From contig JAUCBJ010001453.1 of NCBI GenBank assembly GCA_032718475.1, positions 1 to 33,742 of the forward strand: 33,742 nucleotides of DNA. Direction: 5' to 3'. This stretch comes from Nemertoderma westbladi (lineage: Eukaryota > Animalia > Xenacoelomorpha). The notes beneath the pieces were generated by a model that was not told the origin of the DNA, did not search any database, and saw only the letters and a list, made by a program, of their open reading frames with translations. Made by a program: the position numbers and the translations under genes. Shown piece after piece: positions 11,086 to 22,396 of the stretch. How positions within the stretch are numbered: the stretch's first letter is position 1; each line of letters starts with the position of its first letter.

Positions 11086-12012
11086 TTTTAAATAACTGAA
11101 TTTCTGAATTTTAAGGGTTACTTGGTTACTTTACTTACTTTATTACCGTTATTTGAGCAGTAATCCAACTGATATTGAGACCTAATGGTTGTATGGTAGG
11201 CCTACGATTTATAAATCGTTAGATTTGATTTATAATATATATATACCCGTTTTAATGGGTTTTGTCAATGTTTGAAATAAATGTTATTATTTCTGGGGAG
11301 TAATCACTACACAAAGCGGTGCGCTTTCAGTGAAGTGTTACGTACAGGACACTAAAACAAATAATTCTAATTTACCTAAGTTACTTAATACTACAAATTA
11401 CGTACAATTTGGGTTGAGATTACAATCTCTAAATAAACGCAAAATTTTACAAAAACACAAATACGAATTTTTAGGGTAATTTTACAAGAAGTCTACAAAC
11501 CAGCCTAACAAAGGGTTAGAAAACTGATTATTACACGGACAGGGTACTACGGTATTTGAAATAATAAGTAGTAGTAAATACACTGCGTTGTCTAGATAGG
11601 AAAATACCACCGCCTGACGACCTATAGCCGTATCGCTATAGGTTCTACGTTATGTATCACGGAGTGTTCCTACCTAGAAGTTAATAGAGCTAATCGAATG
11701 TGCCTATCAACCACTTTATAACACAAATATAATGTCTACAATAATTACTTCGGAAAGCACTGTACACTAAACCCTAAATTAGGTACAAGTACTTGTACAA
11801 CAGATAATCAGTAGTTAAATATACTTGAACAGCTAAAAGAACCACGGCATCTGCTGGAGTGACCGATGCACAAAATCACCAGTCTTTACCTACGCCGAGC
11901 AGCCCGTGTAGTACCGGGGTTAATTTAACTATAGCGGTATGTATAACAAACACAATTACTGTAGGAACAAACTTGGGGAATGAATGTTGTGGATAATCGC
12001 ATTAAACTCTGA

Positions 12013-12588
12013 ATAATAAATATTACGCTACGCGTACAAACTACTCAAACAAAATACAGACCGAACACTGACAGACTACTATCAAGCCTAAACAAACTAC
12101 GGTATATGCAGACTCCGAAATGATTAGGGAGTATGCGCTCTAACCCAGTAGTGCGACTTATTCTTTAGTTGGGGGTTTACCTTACAGCGTTCGCTGCCCC
12201 TACTGCCTAACCGTACTTAATCGGACAGATGATCTACACACGCGGCAATCCGTTCAGACCTAATAACAGCCAGACAACTATCCAGCCTACAAATTATCTA
12301 AATAAAATTATACGCTACCCGTACAGACTTACACAAACAAAGTACAGACCAAACGATGGCAGACTACTCTCAAGCCTAAATAAACTGCAGGACATGCAGA
12401 CTCCGAAATGATTAGGGAGTATGCGCTCTAACCCAGTAGTGCGACTTATTCTTTAGTTGGGGGTTTACCTTACAGCGTTCGCTGCCCCTACTGCCTAATC
12501 GTACTTAATCGGACAGGTGATCTACACACACTGCAATTCGTTCGGACTTAACAGCAATCAGACAACAGCTCAGCCTACAAATCGTCTG
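12013..12588. repeat. Two-copy 288-bp direct repeat in the retroelement 5' leader
   Basis: CTCCGAAATGATTAGGGAGTATGCG at 12113 and 12401. The ~130-nt core is nearly identical and the flanks are diverged. Confidence 0.92.
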
Positions 12589-12879
12589 TACAATCTGATC
12601 AGGCTTACACGCCTTCTGTTCAATACTGGCCTACAAATAAATAAAACTTGACAGAAATAAGTAAACCATATAAAGGTATAAGGGGTGATCAATCCCTAAT
12701 CCCCTAAACAGCCTACCGGTATACAACAATCAAATCGAATAATACTAGTGTACTTATACTGAAGTACCGGTTAGAACAGTTAGGCCTACTGACCTACAGA
12801 GTGTACCGGTTCAGGTTTACCGGTTGACCGGTACTTTCAACTTTATTGCTTACTGCAACAAAGAAGCGATATCCTTTAA

Positions 12880-14100
12880 TGTTCGCGCTTTCAGACCTTT
12901 GGCAGTTTAACCCGCCAAATTAGAATGTCTTCTAGATAATAAATCTGCTTTTTAGTCTATGACAAGTATTTGATTCACTACACTAGTCGAAACCAATCCG
13001 TGCGCGACCATTCACCCGCTGGAAATTCCCGGGAGATTGGGTTCGACGGTTTAATTTTTATTGCTATGTAAGCCTAATGTATTATTCGACTGACAGTACT
13101 ATATAATCTCTGACAATATTATTCACCTTCGGTAATATTAACAGTTCCTTTAGGACGTGGCGCTTTATCTATATAAACAGAGTTATGACTTAAACTACTC
13201 ACAACGATATGGCTTAATTATAATCCACATATATGGCGCATTCTTTAGGAATTGCTTCTTTAACAGACTCACTCATACACTATGCTGCACAATACTGCAC
13301 ACTAATCTGCCAATCTTCACTGATTTTAGTCACATATAAAAGGAACACAGGCTGACTCATGTAGGGTCTATCAAATAACATTAGATTCACTTCAAACCAC
13401 TTTAACATAAGTCACAATCGTTATTGGTAACCTTTCTCTCTTACCTTAGGTATATCAAGAATATTGGGTTGCGGGGTTATTTATCGTTGTTCCAAATATA
13501 ATTATTCATCAACCATATTATGAAGAACTGACAGCAAATAGCAGTATAAAACAACAAGTCAGTACCGGTATGTCAGCAATGAGACATAGGCATGCAGGTC
13601 CGTCAGTAGTCAGTTTGTTTTGTTAAAGGATATATGCCCTTTATAATTAAACCTACTAGTGTACGACTAAAAAGCAGTACAGCACAAAAACTTTCAAGCC
13701 GTTCTTTCTTTGGCTCAAGACTGAATGTAAACACTGCACATAGGCATTGCGTCATTTCTCGGAAATTTTCTGTACAAGGAGCCACAAAAACGCTCTCATT
13801 GGCTGACTGAACTGAGAGACGCCGTAGAACAAAGGAAATCAACACGTATGAATGTCAGCTGTTAACCGTAGTCATAGTAACTACTGTTCAAGAGTAGCTA
13901 TCACCCCTTTGCGTCACGAATTGCCATAGAATCACAAAATATGCCTTTCACAGTACACATACGGAGGAAATAGGTCTTAGATCCTCTAAAAACACCGATA
14001 CAGCAATAATACGGTCTCTTACATTTATTAAATCAACTACAGAGTATTTTAATGTAAAAGATAATAAAAATAACGGGGCAATTCAGCAAAGGCTTTTACA
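12880..14100 (-). mobile_element. BEL/Pao LTR (5' LTR of the gag-protease element)
   Basis: On - it reads TGTAAAAGCC...GCGCGAACA, and both termini match the solo LTR at 17537-18662. The flanks (TTTAA / AGGAG) are not a TSD, so it is not solo. On the sense strand there is a CCAAT (~13800), a TATAAA (13640-13645) and a splice donor AAGGTAAG (~13440). Confidence 0.85.
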
Positions 14101-15503
14101 AGGAGTACATGAGTAAAGGAGTATTATTATTACTATGGGAAAAAAGTAACCCATAGGATTGTATTGATTTTACTTAAAATTTCCACGGCGTAAAACGTAA
14201 AATAAAATATTTTGGGTATCATTTCTTAAATTTTATATATTGAAAGGGCATTGACGTAGAAAAGGTTTGCACGTAATTTGAGCAAAATCTATTCACACAC
14301 TCAGAAGTTATTGCAACTTAGTGTCTGCAAGGCGAACTCCAAAACGGATCTCAATATCCAATATTGGTTTATGTAGTTAAGCGGCTCTCTAGTTACGTGA
14401 TAAATATTCGAGAACACTAAATTATTTAAAATTGAGTAAAGCAGCATCAGGAGTTGAAGAGTAAAATAATTGGAATTGCAGTAACTATGGAAGCATAATA
14501 TGGTAAAATACTACAGTTCAATTTATTTTGTAACACTATTTTGTTCTTCTTTTATTAAATAATTTCAATCTCAACACAAAAGTACCGGTACCAATTTAAG
14601 ATTAAAATTACGTATGACATGGGAAAAAAACGTAGAACATTCTTCAACAATCTCTCGACCCTTTATTAACCTTGCTGGAGCTCGGTACATAAAATACCTT
14701 GAGAATAAGGAAAAAAGTTATACTTTTTTTTCCCATGCAGGCCTAATATTTTTAAGGCGAGTCAAAATCCGAAAACTAAATTGTCATATTTCAGTAATAT
14801 TACTAAATTTTCATAATATATTGTTAAATTTTTAAACAACACTTTTATTACTAATGGTAAGAGGACAATTTGTAAACAAATTGCATGTAATAATGTAATA
14901 ATGATAATGTATTATTTCTTAAATAATGTTCTAAATAAATAATTAAATGAATTAAAATTAATTAATAAAAATTAATTAATTGATTAAAAATAAATTATTT
15001 GATCAATTATTTCCTCACGAAGTACGGGTATGCACAATACGTGCGGTAAAATGGATAAGTGTAGAAAAAGCTATTCGTAATAATAAATAGCAATCCAATA
15101 TTAATTAAAAAATGATTGCATTAGTAATGCTAAGATAAACTTTGCGATGAATTTAATATCCGCTTATTCTTGAACTTCCGTAGAAATCGCAAATAAAAAA
15201 AAAGTAAAAAATATCTTCTTTTTAACTGCGTCCCTTATAGCAGAGTTAAAATACATAGTACCGGTACATAGAGTAGTTATTGAGCTTATTAATCTTTACT
15301 GAAATTACCCTAATATAACATTTAAGAAACTTTTGTTTGTAAGACAACACCAGCTAATTCGAATAATGTTTTAAAGGGATTAAGTATCAATGTTATACTG
15401 GTAATAATAATTATTATGCTTATGTTATCGGCGAGGCTACAGAGAGATTAGCCAAACGTTATATAAACACCAATATTTTATGACTGAAGTTATTGTAATA
15501 AGT

Positions 15504-15637
15504 TTACAGATATATTATCTATACAATATGCACATCCACCCAGCTGGAATTATTTAGAAACTATGTGTTACAGATATATTATCTATACAATATGCACATC
15601 CACCCAGCTGGAATTATTTAGAAACTATGTGTTACAG
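15504..15637. repeat. Perfect 64-bp tandem duplication
   Basis: TTACAGATATATTATCTATAC...AAACTATGTG starts at 15504 and again at 15568. Confidence 0.95.
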
Positions 15638-16059
15638 GTATATTAGTTACCTCCTGGGTTCAGAGACCTATTTATATTTCAAATAATAATCTTGGCATAC
15701 CTGTCGATGGCGCTAATTCTGTTAATTGAATGTTCAAATAACAATACCGATCTTATAATGATCCAATATTATTCAAACAAAATGTTGATTGACTACAATG
15801 TATTTAAGTGTGACAATTATTTACAATCACCTTCATTGAGCCTTACCGGGATCCATTACCATTACCATTAAGGCTCAATTAAGGCCCAACCATTATTGGG
15901 AGGGAGGATAGGTAAATAGTTTACCATGTATTCTATTCCGCGATTGTTTAAAGTTGTGCTCTCTCTAAATTCATTAAAACAAAGTGTATTTCATTATCCT
16001 ATTAATAAATAGGCCCAAAACCATTTTTCTCTATTCGTATCCGAATATTTTTTACCATT

Positions 16060-17536
16060 GTCCTTTCGTCAAACATATTAACATTCCAAAAATATTAACC
16101 ATTGTGCTCTTGACCAAAAATTTTAACCATTGTGCTCTCGTACAAAAATATTAACCATTGTGCTCTCGTCCAAAAATATTATCCGTTGTGCCCTCGTCCA
16201 AAAATATTAACCATTGTGCTCTCGACCAAAAATATTAACCATTGTGCTCTCGTCCAAAAATATTAACCATTGTGCTCTCGTCCAAAAATATTAACCATTT
16301 TCCTTTCGTCAAAAATATTAACCATTGTGCTCCCCTCCAAAAATAAAACCCATTGTGCTCTCGTCCAAAAATATTAACCATTGTGCTCTCGTCCAAAAAT
16401 ATTTATTAACCATTGTGTTCTCGTCCAAAATAATTAACCATAGTGCTCTCGTCCAAAAATATTATCCATGTGCCCTCGTCCAAAAATATTAACCATTGTG
16501 CTCTCGACCAAAAATATTAACCATTGTGCTCTCGTCCAAAAATATTAACCATTGTGCTCTCGTCCAAAAATATTAACCATTGTCCTTTCGTCAAAAATAT
16601 TAACCATTGTGCTCTCGTCCAAAAATAATACCCATTGTGCTCTCGTCCAAAATCATTAACCATTGTGCTCTCGACCAAAAATTTTAATCATTGTGCTCTC
16701 GTCCAAAAGTATTAACCATTGTGCTCTCGTCCAAAAATATTAACCATTGTGCTCTCGTCCAAAAATATTAACAATTGTGCTCTAGTCCAAAAATATTAAC
16801 CATTGTGCTCTCGTGTAAAAATATTAACCATTGTGACCTCGTCCAAAATATTAACAATTGTGCTCTCGTCCAAAAATATTAACCATTTTGCTCTCGGCCA
16901 AAAATATTAACCATTGTGCTCTCGTCCAAAAATAATACCCATTGTCCTTTCGTCAAAAATATTAACCATTGTGCTTTCGTCCAAAAATATTAACCATTGC
17001 GCTCTCGTCCAAAAATATTAACCATTGTGCTCTCGTCCAAAAACATTAACCATTGTGCTCTCGACCAAAATCTTAACCATTGTGCTCTCGTCCAAAAATA
17101 GTAACCATTGTGCTCTCGTCCAAAAATATTAACCATTGTGCTCTCGTCCAAAAATATTAACAATTGTGCTCTCGTCCAAAAATATTATTAACCATTGCGC
17201 TCTCGTCCAAAAATATTAACCATTGTGCTCTCGTTCAAAAATATTACCATTGTGCTCTCGTCCAAAAATAGTATCCGTTGTGCCCTCGTCCAAAAATATT
17301 AACCATTGTGCTCTCGACCAAAAATATTAACCATTGTGCTCTCGTCCAAAAATATTAACCATTGTGCTCTCGTCCAAAAATATCAACCATTGTCCTTTCG
17401 TCAAAAATATTAACCATTGTGCTCTCGTCCAAAAATATTAACCATTGTCCTTTCGTCAAAAATATTAACCATTGTGCTCTCGTCCAAAAATAATAACCAT
17501 TGTGCTCTCGTCCAAAATCATTAACCATTGTGCTCT
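16060..17536. repeat. 28-bp satellite (CCAAAAATATTAACCATTGTGCTCTCGT), left arm
   Basis: 28-bp period seen directly; about 50 units. Confidence 0.97.
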
Positions 17537-18662
17537 TGTTCGCGCTTTTAGACCTTTAGCAGTTTAACCTGCCAATTTTAGTTGTCCTCTTGTTTATAAA
17601 TCGACTTTAGCCTATGTCAATTATTTAATGTACTGAAGTTACATCAGCCGAAGCCAGTCTGTGCGCGACCATTCACCCACAGTTAAGGGGGACTGGATTC
17701 GGATGCTTTGAGAGTGATTGCAGTGTAGACCTACTGTATTATTCGATTGATCGGTAATATATAATCTCTGACAATATATTTACTTTCGGGGAAATATTAA
17801 CAGTTCCTTTAGGACGTGGCGCTCTAAGTATAAAAACAGAGTTATGACTTATACTAATCACAACTAGATAGATGGCCTAAGAGTTTCGTAAAAAGCGCAT
17901 TCTTTAGGAGATGCTTTATTAACCTTCACACTACTTCACACGACTTCACACTACTTCACACTACTTCGCACTGATCTGCCGACCGTCACTGAATTTGATC
18001 ATATATAAGGAGGATCGCAACTGACACATGTAGGGATTATGAAATAGCATTTAATTCACACAAAAACCACTATAATGTAAGTCGCAGTTGCTACCGGTAA
18101 ACCAGTTCCTCTCACCTTCAGTAATCAAGAAGATTGGGGGTTTTATGATTATTCGTCGGTATTCTCCAAATATATCAGCAATATACACCAACATAACAAC
18201 AATTAATAACATAAGTAAAATAATACGGTGAACAGTCAGTATGTGTTACTTATGCAGTGTTCCATGTGCAGCAATGTTGAATATGTGATTCGTTAATAGT
18301 TTTACGTTCTTGTAATCAAAGCCATCAGATGTTTAGGTCAAAGACTGAAACTTCCACAACAGAAAATACAGAAGATTTCCAAGCCGGTTCTTAGGCTCAG
18401 AAAGGTAAACAAAGACCGTAATGCATTGCGCGGTTTTCCATAGGCCCCTGTTCAACATAAAGTGAAAATCGCTCTGATTGGCTGAGCAGAACAAAGAGGT
18501 TCCACGTTTACAGGAAATCAGCTGACAGATTTCGTCATCTGAGCTCCAATCTTTTAGAGTATTATGCGCATTCCGGTAAAAACGACTTATTAAGTCCGCT
18601 AAAGCACCTACACCGTTCATTGCGGGGAAAAATGACTTGTTATGTCCGCAAAAGCTTTTACA
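17537..18662 (-). mobile_element. Solo BEL/Pao LTR with 5-bp TSD
   Basis: TGTT...TACA termini, TSD GCTCT at 17532-17536 and 18663-18667, and clear homology to 12880-13500. A 5-bp TSD is typical of BEL/Pao. Confidence 0.93.
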
Positions 18663-19024
18663 GCTCTCGACCCAAAATCTTAACCATTGTGCTCTCGTCC
18701 AAAAATATTAACCATTGTGCTCTCGTCCAAAAATACTAACCATTGTGCTCTCGTCCAAAAATATTAACAATTGTGCTCTAGTCTAAAAATATTAACCATT
18801 GTGCTCTCGTCGAAAAATATTAACCATTGTGACCTCTTCCAAAAATATTAACCATTGTGCTCTTGTCCAAAAATATTAACCATTGTGCTCTCGTCCAAAA
18901 ATATTAACCATTGTGCTCTCGTCCAAAAATATTAACCATTGTGCTCTCGTCCAAAAATATTAACCATTGTGATCTCGTCCAAAAATATTAACCATTGTGC
19001 TCTCGTCCAAATTAACTATTGTGC
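18663..19024. repeat. 28-bp satellite, right arm
   Basis: The same unit resumes in phase after the TSD; about 13 units. Confidence 0.97.
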
Positions 19025-19968
19025 ACGCAACTTATACTTTTGTTACTTGAGCATCTATATAATGGCCCATTCGCTCGAAATATTGGACTTACTGTTGACT
19101 AACACCTCATATATGTAAAGCAAATTAAATATTAACAACCGAGCGATCCTCGTTTTACCATCTCAGTAATATACCATTAGGACGAAGAGTTGTTCCACAA
19201 GCCACGGTCTAGATATAATAATATTGTACTAATAGTATGAAGTGGGGTCACCGCGCATCCCGCATCACGTGAGAGAGACAACTTTATGCTAAGCAACAAC
19301 ACGAAAGTATAAAAAATAACGTAAGCAGATTTCCCCTTATCATTAATTCTAGGCCTACCCTCTAGCAGCAGATTGGGTAACTGCGAAGTTTGTAGAAAAT
19401 ATGTGGCAGATATCAGGTCGAAGGGATTATTACAATAAGAAATGGCAGAAGATTTTAATTAACTTTACAATTTTTCAGCTAGTGGTAGACTGGAGAACTG
19501 CAGATGGATCTGCCGTTCCCACAAATGTATGTATGTTATGCAAATATTATCATTAATATTTTATTTTATTCTTATTTAGTGTTAGTGACTCAAACCCATT
19601 TAAAGTCTTCAATCTGATTAATTTATGGCGATAACAAATTGGAACAAAGTCCACCAGCCAATCAACTTAACACCTTCCCTAACTCCAAACTATCCATCTA
19701 TACAATATTATTTATCTTACCTCTCTGACAGAAAGATAATTTTAGAATAAATAAAATATTGTATCCGCGAGAGAACGTTAAAATAATGAATTATTAAATA
19801 CTATCTTTGTTTTGTAATAAATGAATATTACTTGTAACCACAGCCTACTAATTAAAAGTATATTAGTAGTAACTAATTATTTCGTCCTCGGAGATTAACA
19901 GTCGTTTTATTATAATTTCCGTTGGGAGCAGCTTTTAGTTACAAACAGTACTTATTACCATCCGTAAA

Positions 19969-20871
19969 ATGATGTCTGATGATCTTGACGATGATAGTAT
20001 TTTATTTGGTGATTTTGACGGCGACACCCTCCACTGGCAGAATAAAGTAATCACAAAAGCGGTGATCTTTCAAGCAATTACCGGATTGTTACTCATGCTA
20101 CTGAACGCTGTCCAGTTGGGTATACAATGTGACAACGCGCAAATAGCTATCGGCCTGGGCGGAGGCTTCTGCTCAGTGTTAATAGCGGTAGCTATAGCAA
20201 CAAGGCATTTTCTGACAAATAGACGTTTATGTATTCTAGAATCCAGGCGAGAATTGTTCCGAACACTTTGCATTTCTATGAATTTAACCGTGGGTTTATG
20301 CCTCGCTTCCATAGCAGCGATCCTATTCGTCTCTCGAGTCCATACAGACGACGTCGTCTGCACGAGTTTAGCTATAAGCTCGTTAACCCTTTGGTTTAGC
20401 GCGGTAGTTTGTTGCGTTTCGGTGGCCGCTTTGTTTCTTAGCATTACGATATGTAAGAAAGAGGAGGAAGGTCCCATACAACCTCTAAGGATCGTATTCG
20501 TTGAGAAACCGAGGAAAAGTTCGAAAGCGCGAAGACGGACGACGGTTGAGTCCCGGACATCCACGTTCGGAGGGAAAAGAAAACGATCGAGGAAAGAAAC
20601 CAATAAGAAAGCTGTTGCCCCGGTGATTAGCCAATTCGTTAAGGATCCTAATTCCCCTATTCACCAATTGGCTAGACTAATGAAACTGAGTCTGAGGAAA
20701 TCCACTGATTTGGACACCATCGATGAACCAAATTGTTATGTGTTACAAAATAGTAATTCAGAGGACTCTGTGGAGCACATCATAATATTTGATCCGGAGA
20801 TTATTGCTCTGAAATTAAACATCATGAACGAACTGAAAGAGACAATTAGGGTCAGACAGATGACCATTTGA
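19969..20871 (+). CDS. Single-exon four-transmembrane protein, CD20/MS4A-like topology, with a basic cytoplasmic tail
   Basis: A 300-codon ORF, GC-richer than its flanks. Four hydrophobic segments fall within the first ~160 aa, including IAIGLGGGF (compare the MS4A G-xx-W-G motif). A K/R-rich tail follows. AAAATG start context. Family assignment is inferred. Confidence 0.65.
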   Translation: MMSDDLDDDSILFGDFDGDTLHWQNKVITKAVIFQAITGLLLMLLNAVQLGIQCDNAQIAIGLGGGFCSVLIAVAIATRHFLTNRRLCILESRRELFRTLCISMNLTVGLCLASIAAILFVSRVHTDDVVCTSLAISSLTLWFSAVVCCVSVAALFLSITICKKEEEGPIQPLRIVFVEKPRKSSKARRRTTVESRTSTFGGKRKRSRKETNKKAVAPVISQFVKDPNSPIHQLARLMKLSLRKSTDLDTIDEPNCYVLQNSNSEDSVEHIIIFDPEIIALKLNIMNELKETIRVRQMTI

Positions 20872-22396
20872 CTATGAAAATGAGTCATAAAGCCGGTACG
20901 GTATTTTATTATGGTTATTTTGGACAACTTCTTGCGTAATTTCAAATGTCAATATGCACTTTTAAAATATGATAAATAATTATCTTATTAATTCTATTTC
21001 ACGTTTATCCCCGTTTTCAATTTACCCGCGATGCTGCAGCGGCACACTGCTACACGGTGCTGCACGTAGCGACTAGCAGCAGCCGCACTGAGCACGGAAA
21101 TGCACTTAGCATTTCCGAACGAGCTGCATAAATATGTGACGGCAAGCAGCCTTTTTTTATTAGCGACACGGTAAGGTGCTGTAGTTGCACTTGCACGCGC
21201 ATCTAGGTGTCGCTGTGGTCTCGCAGTTTGTCTTATAGATCATTGGCTTTAATGCATGGAGTTCCAACCAGAATCAAAGTCTATTAAACCTATGATATGA
21301 TATAAAGTATCAGCATCCATCACGGATAGTTTAAATATGAAATTTAAATAAGCCGCCCTTCCTTATTTTCTTTATTAGACGATTACCTTGTGGGTTGGGA
21401 GCCGCTGACCTAGCCACATGTAAACTATATGATTATTTATACTGTATTTAATCTGTTACGTTAGTAAAATATCAATTATATATTTAAAGATACACCCCCA
21501 GCCGGGGTAAAAATTGTAAAATTTGATTAAATAGTGATTATTAGTAAAAAAAAAAAACCGCATGATAAAAGATAATACCAGTTAAGTATTGTCTGTTTGT
21601 GGGGCGAGCCGTGTTGTGAAGGAAACGAATTTATGAGAGTGACAGCACCGAGAGAGGAGGACATTGAGGGCAATGAAGCGCATGGTAACGCGACTGGGAC
21701 GATTCCATACAGAATCTGCAGACGCAGCTAGAGGAGAGTTCATGGAACCCCCGGTTGTTCAGACACAGCTTGTGGTGAAATCCGTCAATTGGAAAATATC
21801 AATTGGTGATATTTAATAATAGTGACATTTATACAGTTTAGTACCGGTACTGGGCCAATGCTGTTATTAAATATACAGAAATGCGGTTTGTAAGGAATAC
21901 ATAACAGTTTCGGATTTACTTGAATTATAGCTGTTGGTTTGGAAATGGGATATTTTTTATTTTCCAATTAAATTTTTGGATTTAGCATGTACGTACAAAG
22001 CCTCTGCGCGTGTTAATTTGCGCAACATTGTAGTAAATGCAGTTCACTTCAATTAATCGCTGCGTCGCTCGTAATGTTATTATCATATACTGTAAAGTGA
22101 TACAGTTAGGCCTCTTATCGCTCCATGAAGTTAATAGTTTTAACTCATTTGGAAATGTGAATTCATTATTTTTTATTTTTTAATTTCATTATTATAGGAG
22201 TAAACAACATTTTAAATATGTAAATTACAATACAGTATACCACAAGTAAAATCGATTGGAAATATAGTACAACAATGATAATTAAACAAACACAATTACA
22301 TTAAAAATATATAATATATTCTTAAAAACCGTGTTACATGATAAAAATATATTCCTTATTAAAATCATAATTACAAAATGGAAAATAGTAACAAAA

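Larger units (their letters stand above)
6556..14100 (-). mobile_element. Non-autonomous BEL/Pao-derived element (5' LTR + leader + gag-pro); 3' boundary unresolved
   Basis: LTR, leader and ORF are co-oriented. No copy of the LTR was found to the left of the ORF. Confidence 0.7.

Noticed and set aside
12862-12870. ATCGCTTCT (- strand) matching the U2 snRNA 5' end
   Set aside because: The match stops after 9 nt; likely chance.
14140-14360. MITE-like internal sequence
   Set aside because: No terminal inverted repeats or TSD could be defined.
15127-15139. ATGCTAAGATAAA identical to 5572-5584, as a possible partner LTR end
   Set aside because: No flanking homology; an AT-rich chance match.
16060-19024. 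28-bp repeat as a CRISPR direct repeat
   Set aside because: Units are head-to-tail without spacers.
20070-20603. 177-aa antisense ORF, and other short antisense ORFs over RT, gag and hsp70
   Set aside because: Shadows of the real coding strand with no recognisable motifs.
21590-21790. GC-richer, coding-looking patch (and a GC-rich patch at ~21025-21230)
   Set aside because: No convincing splice sites, start codon, TIRs or recognisable peptide; cannot be assigned.
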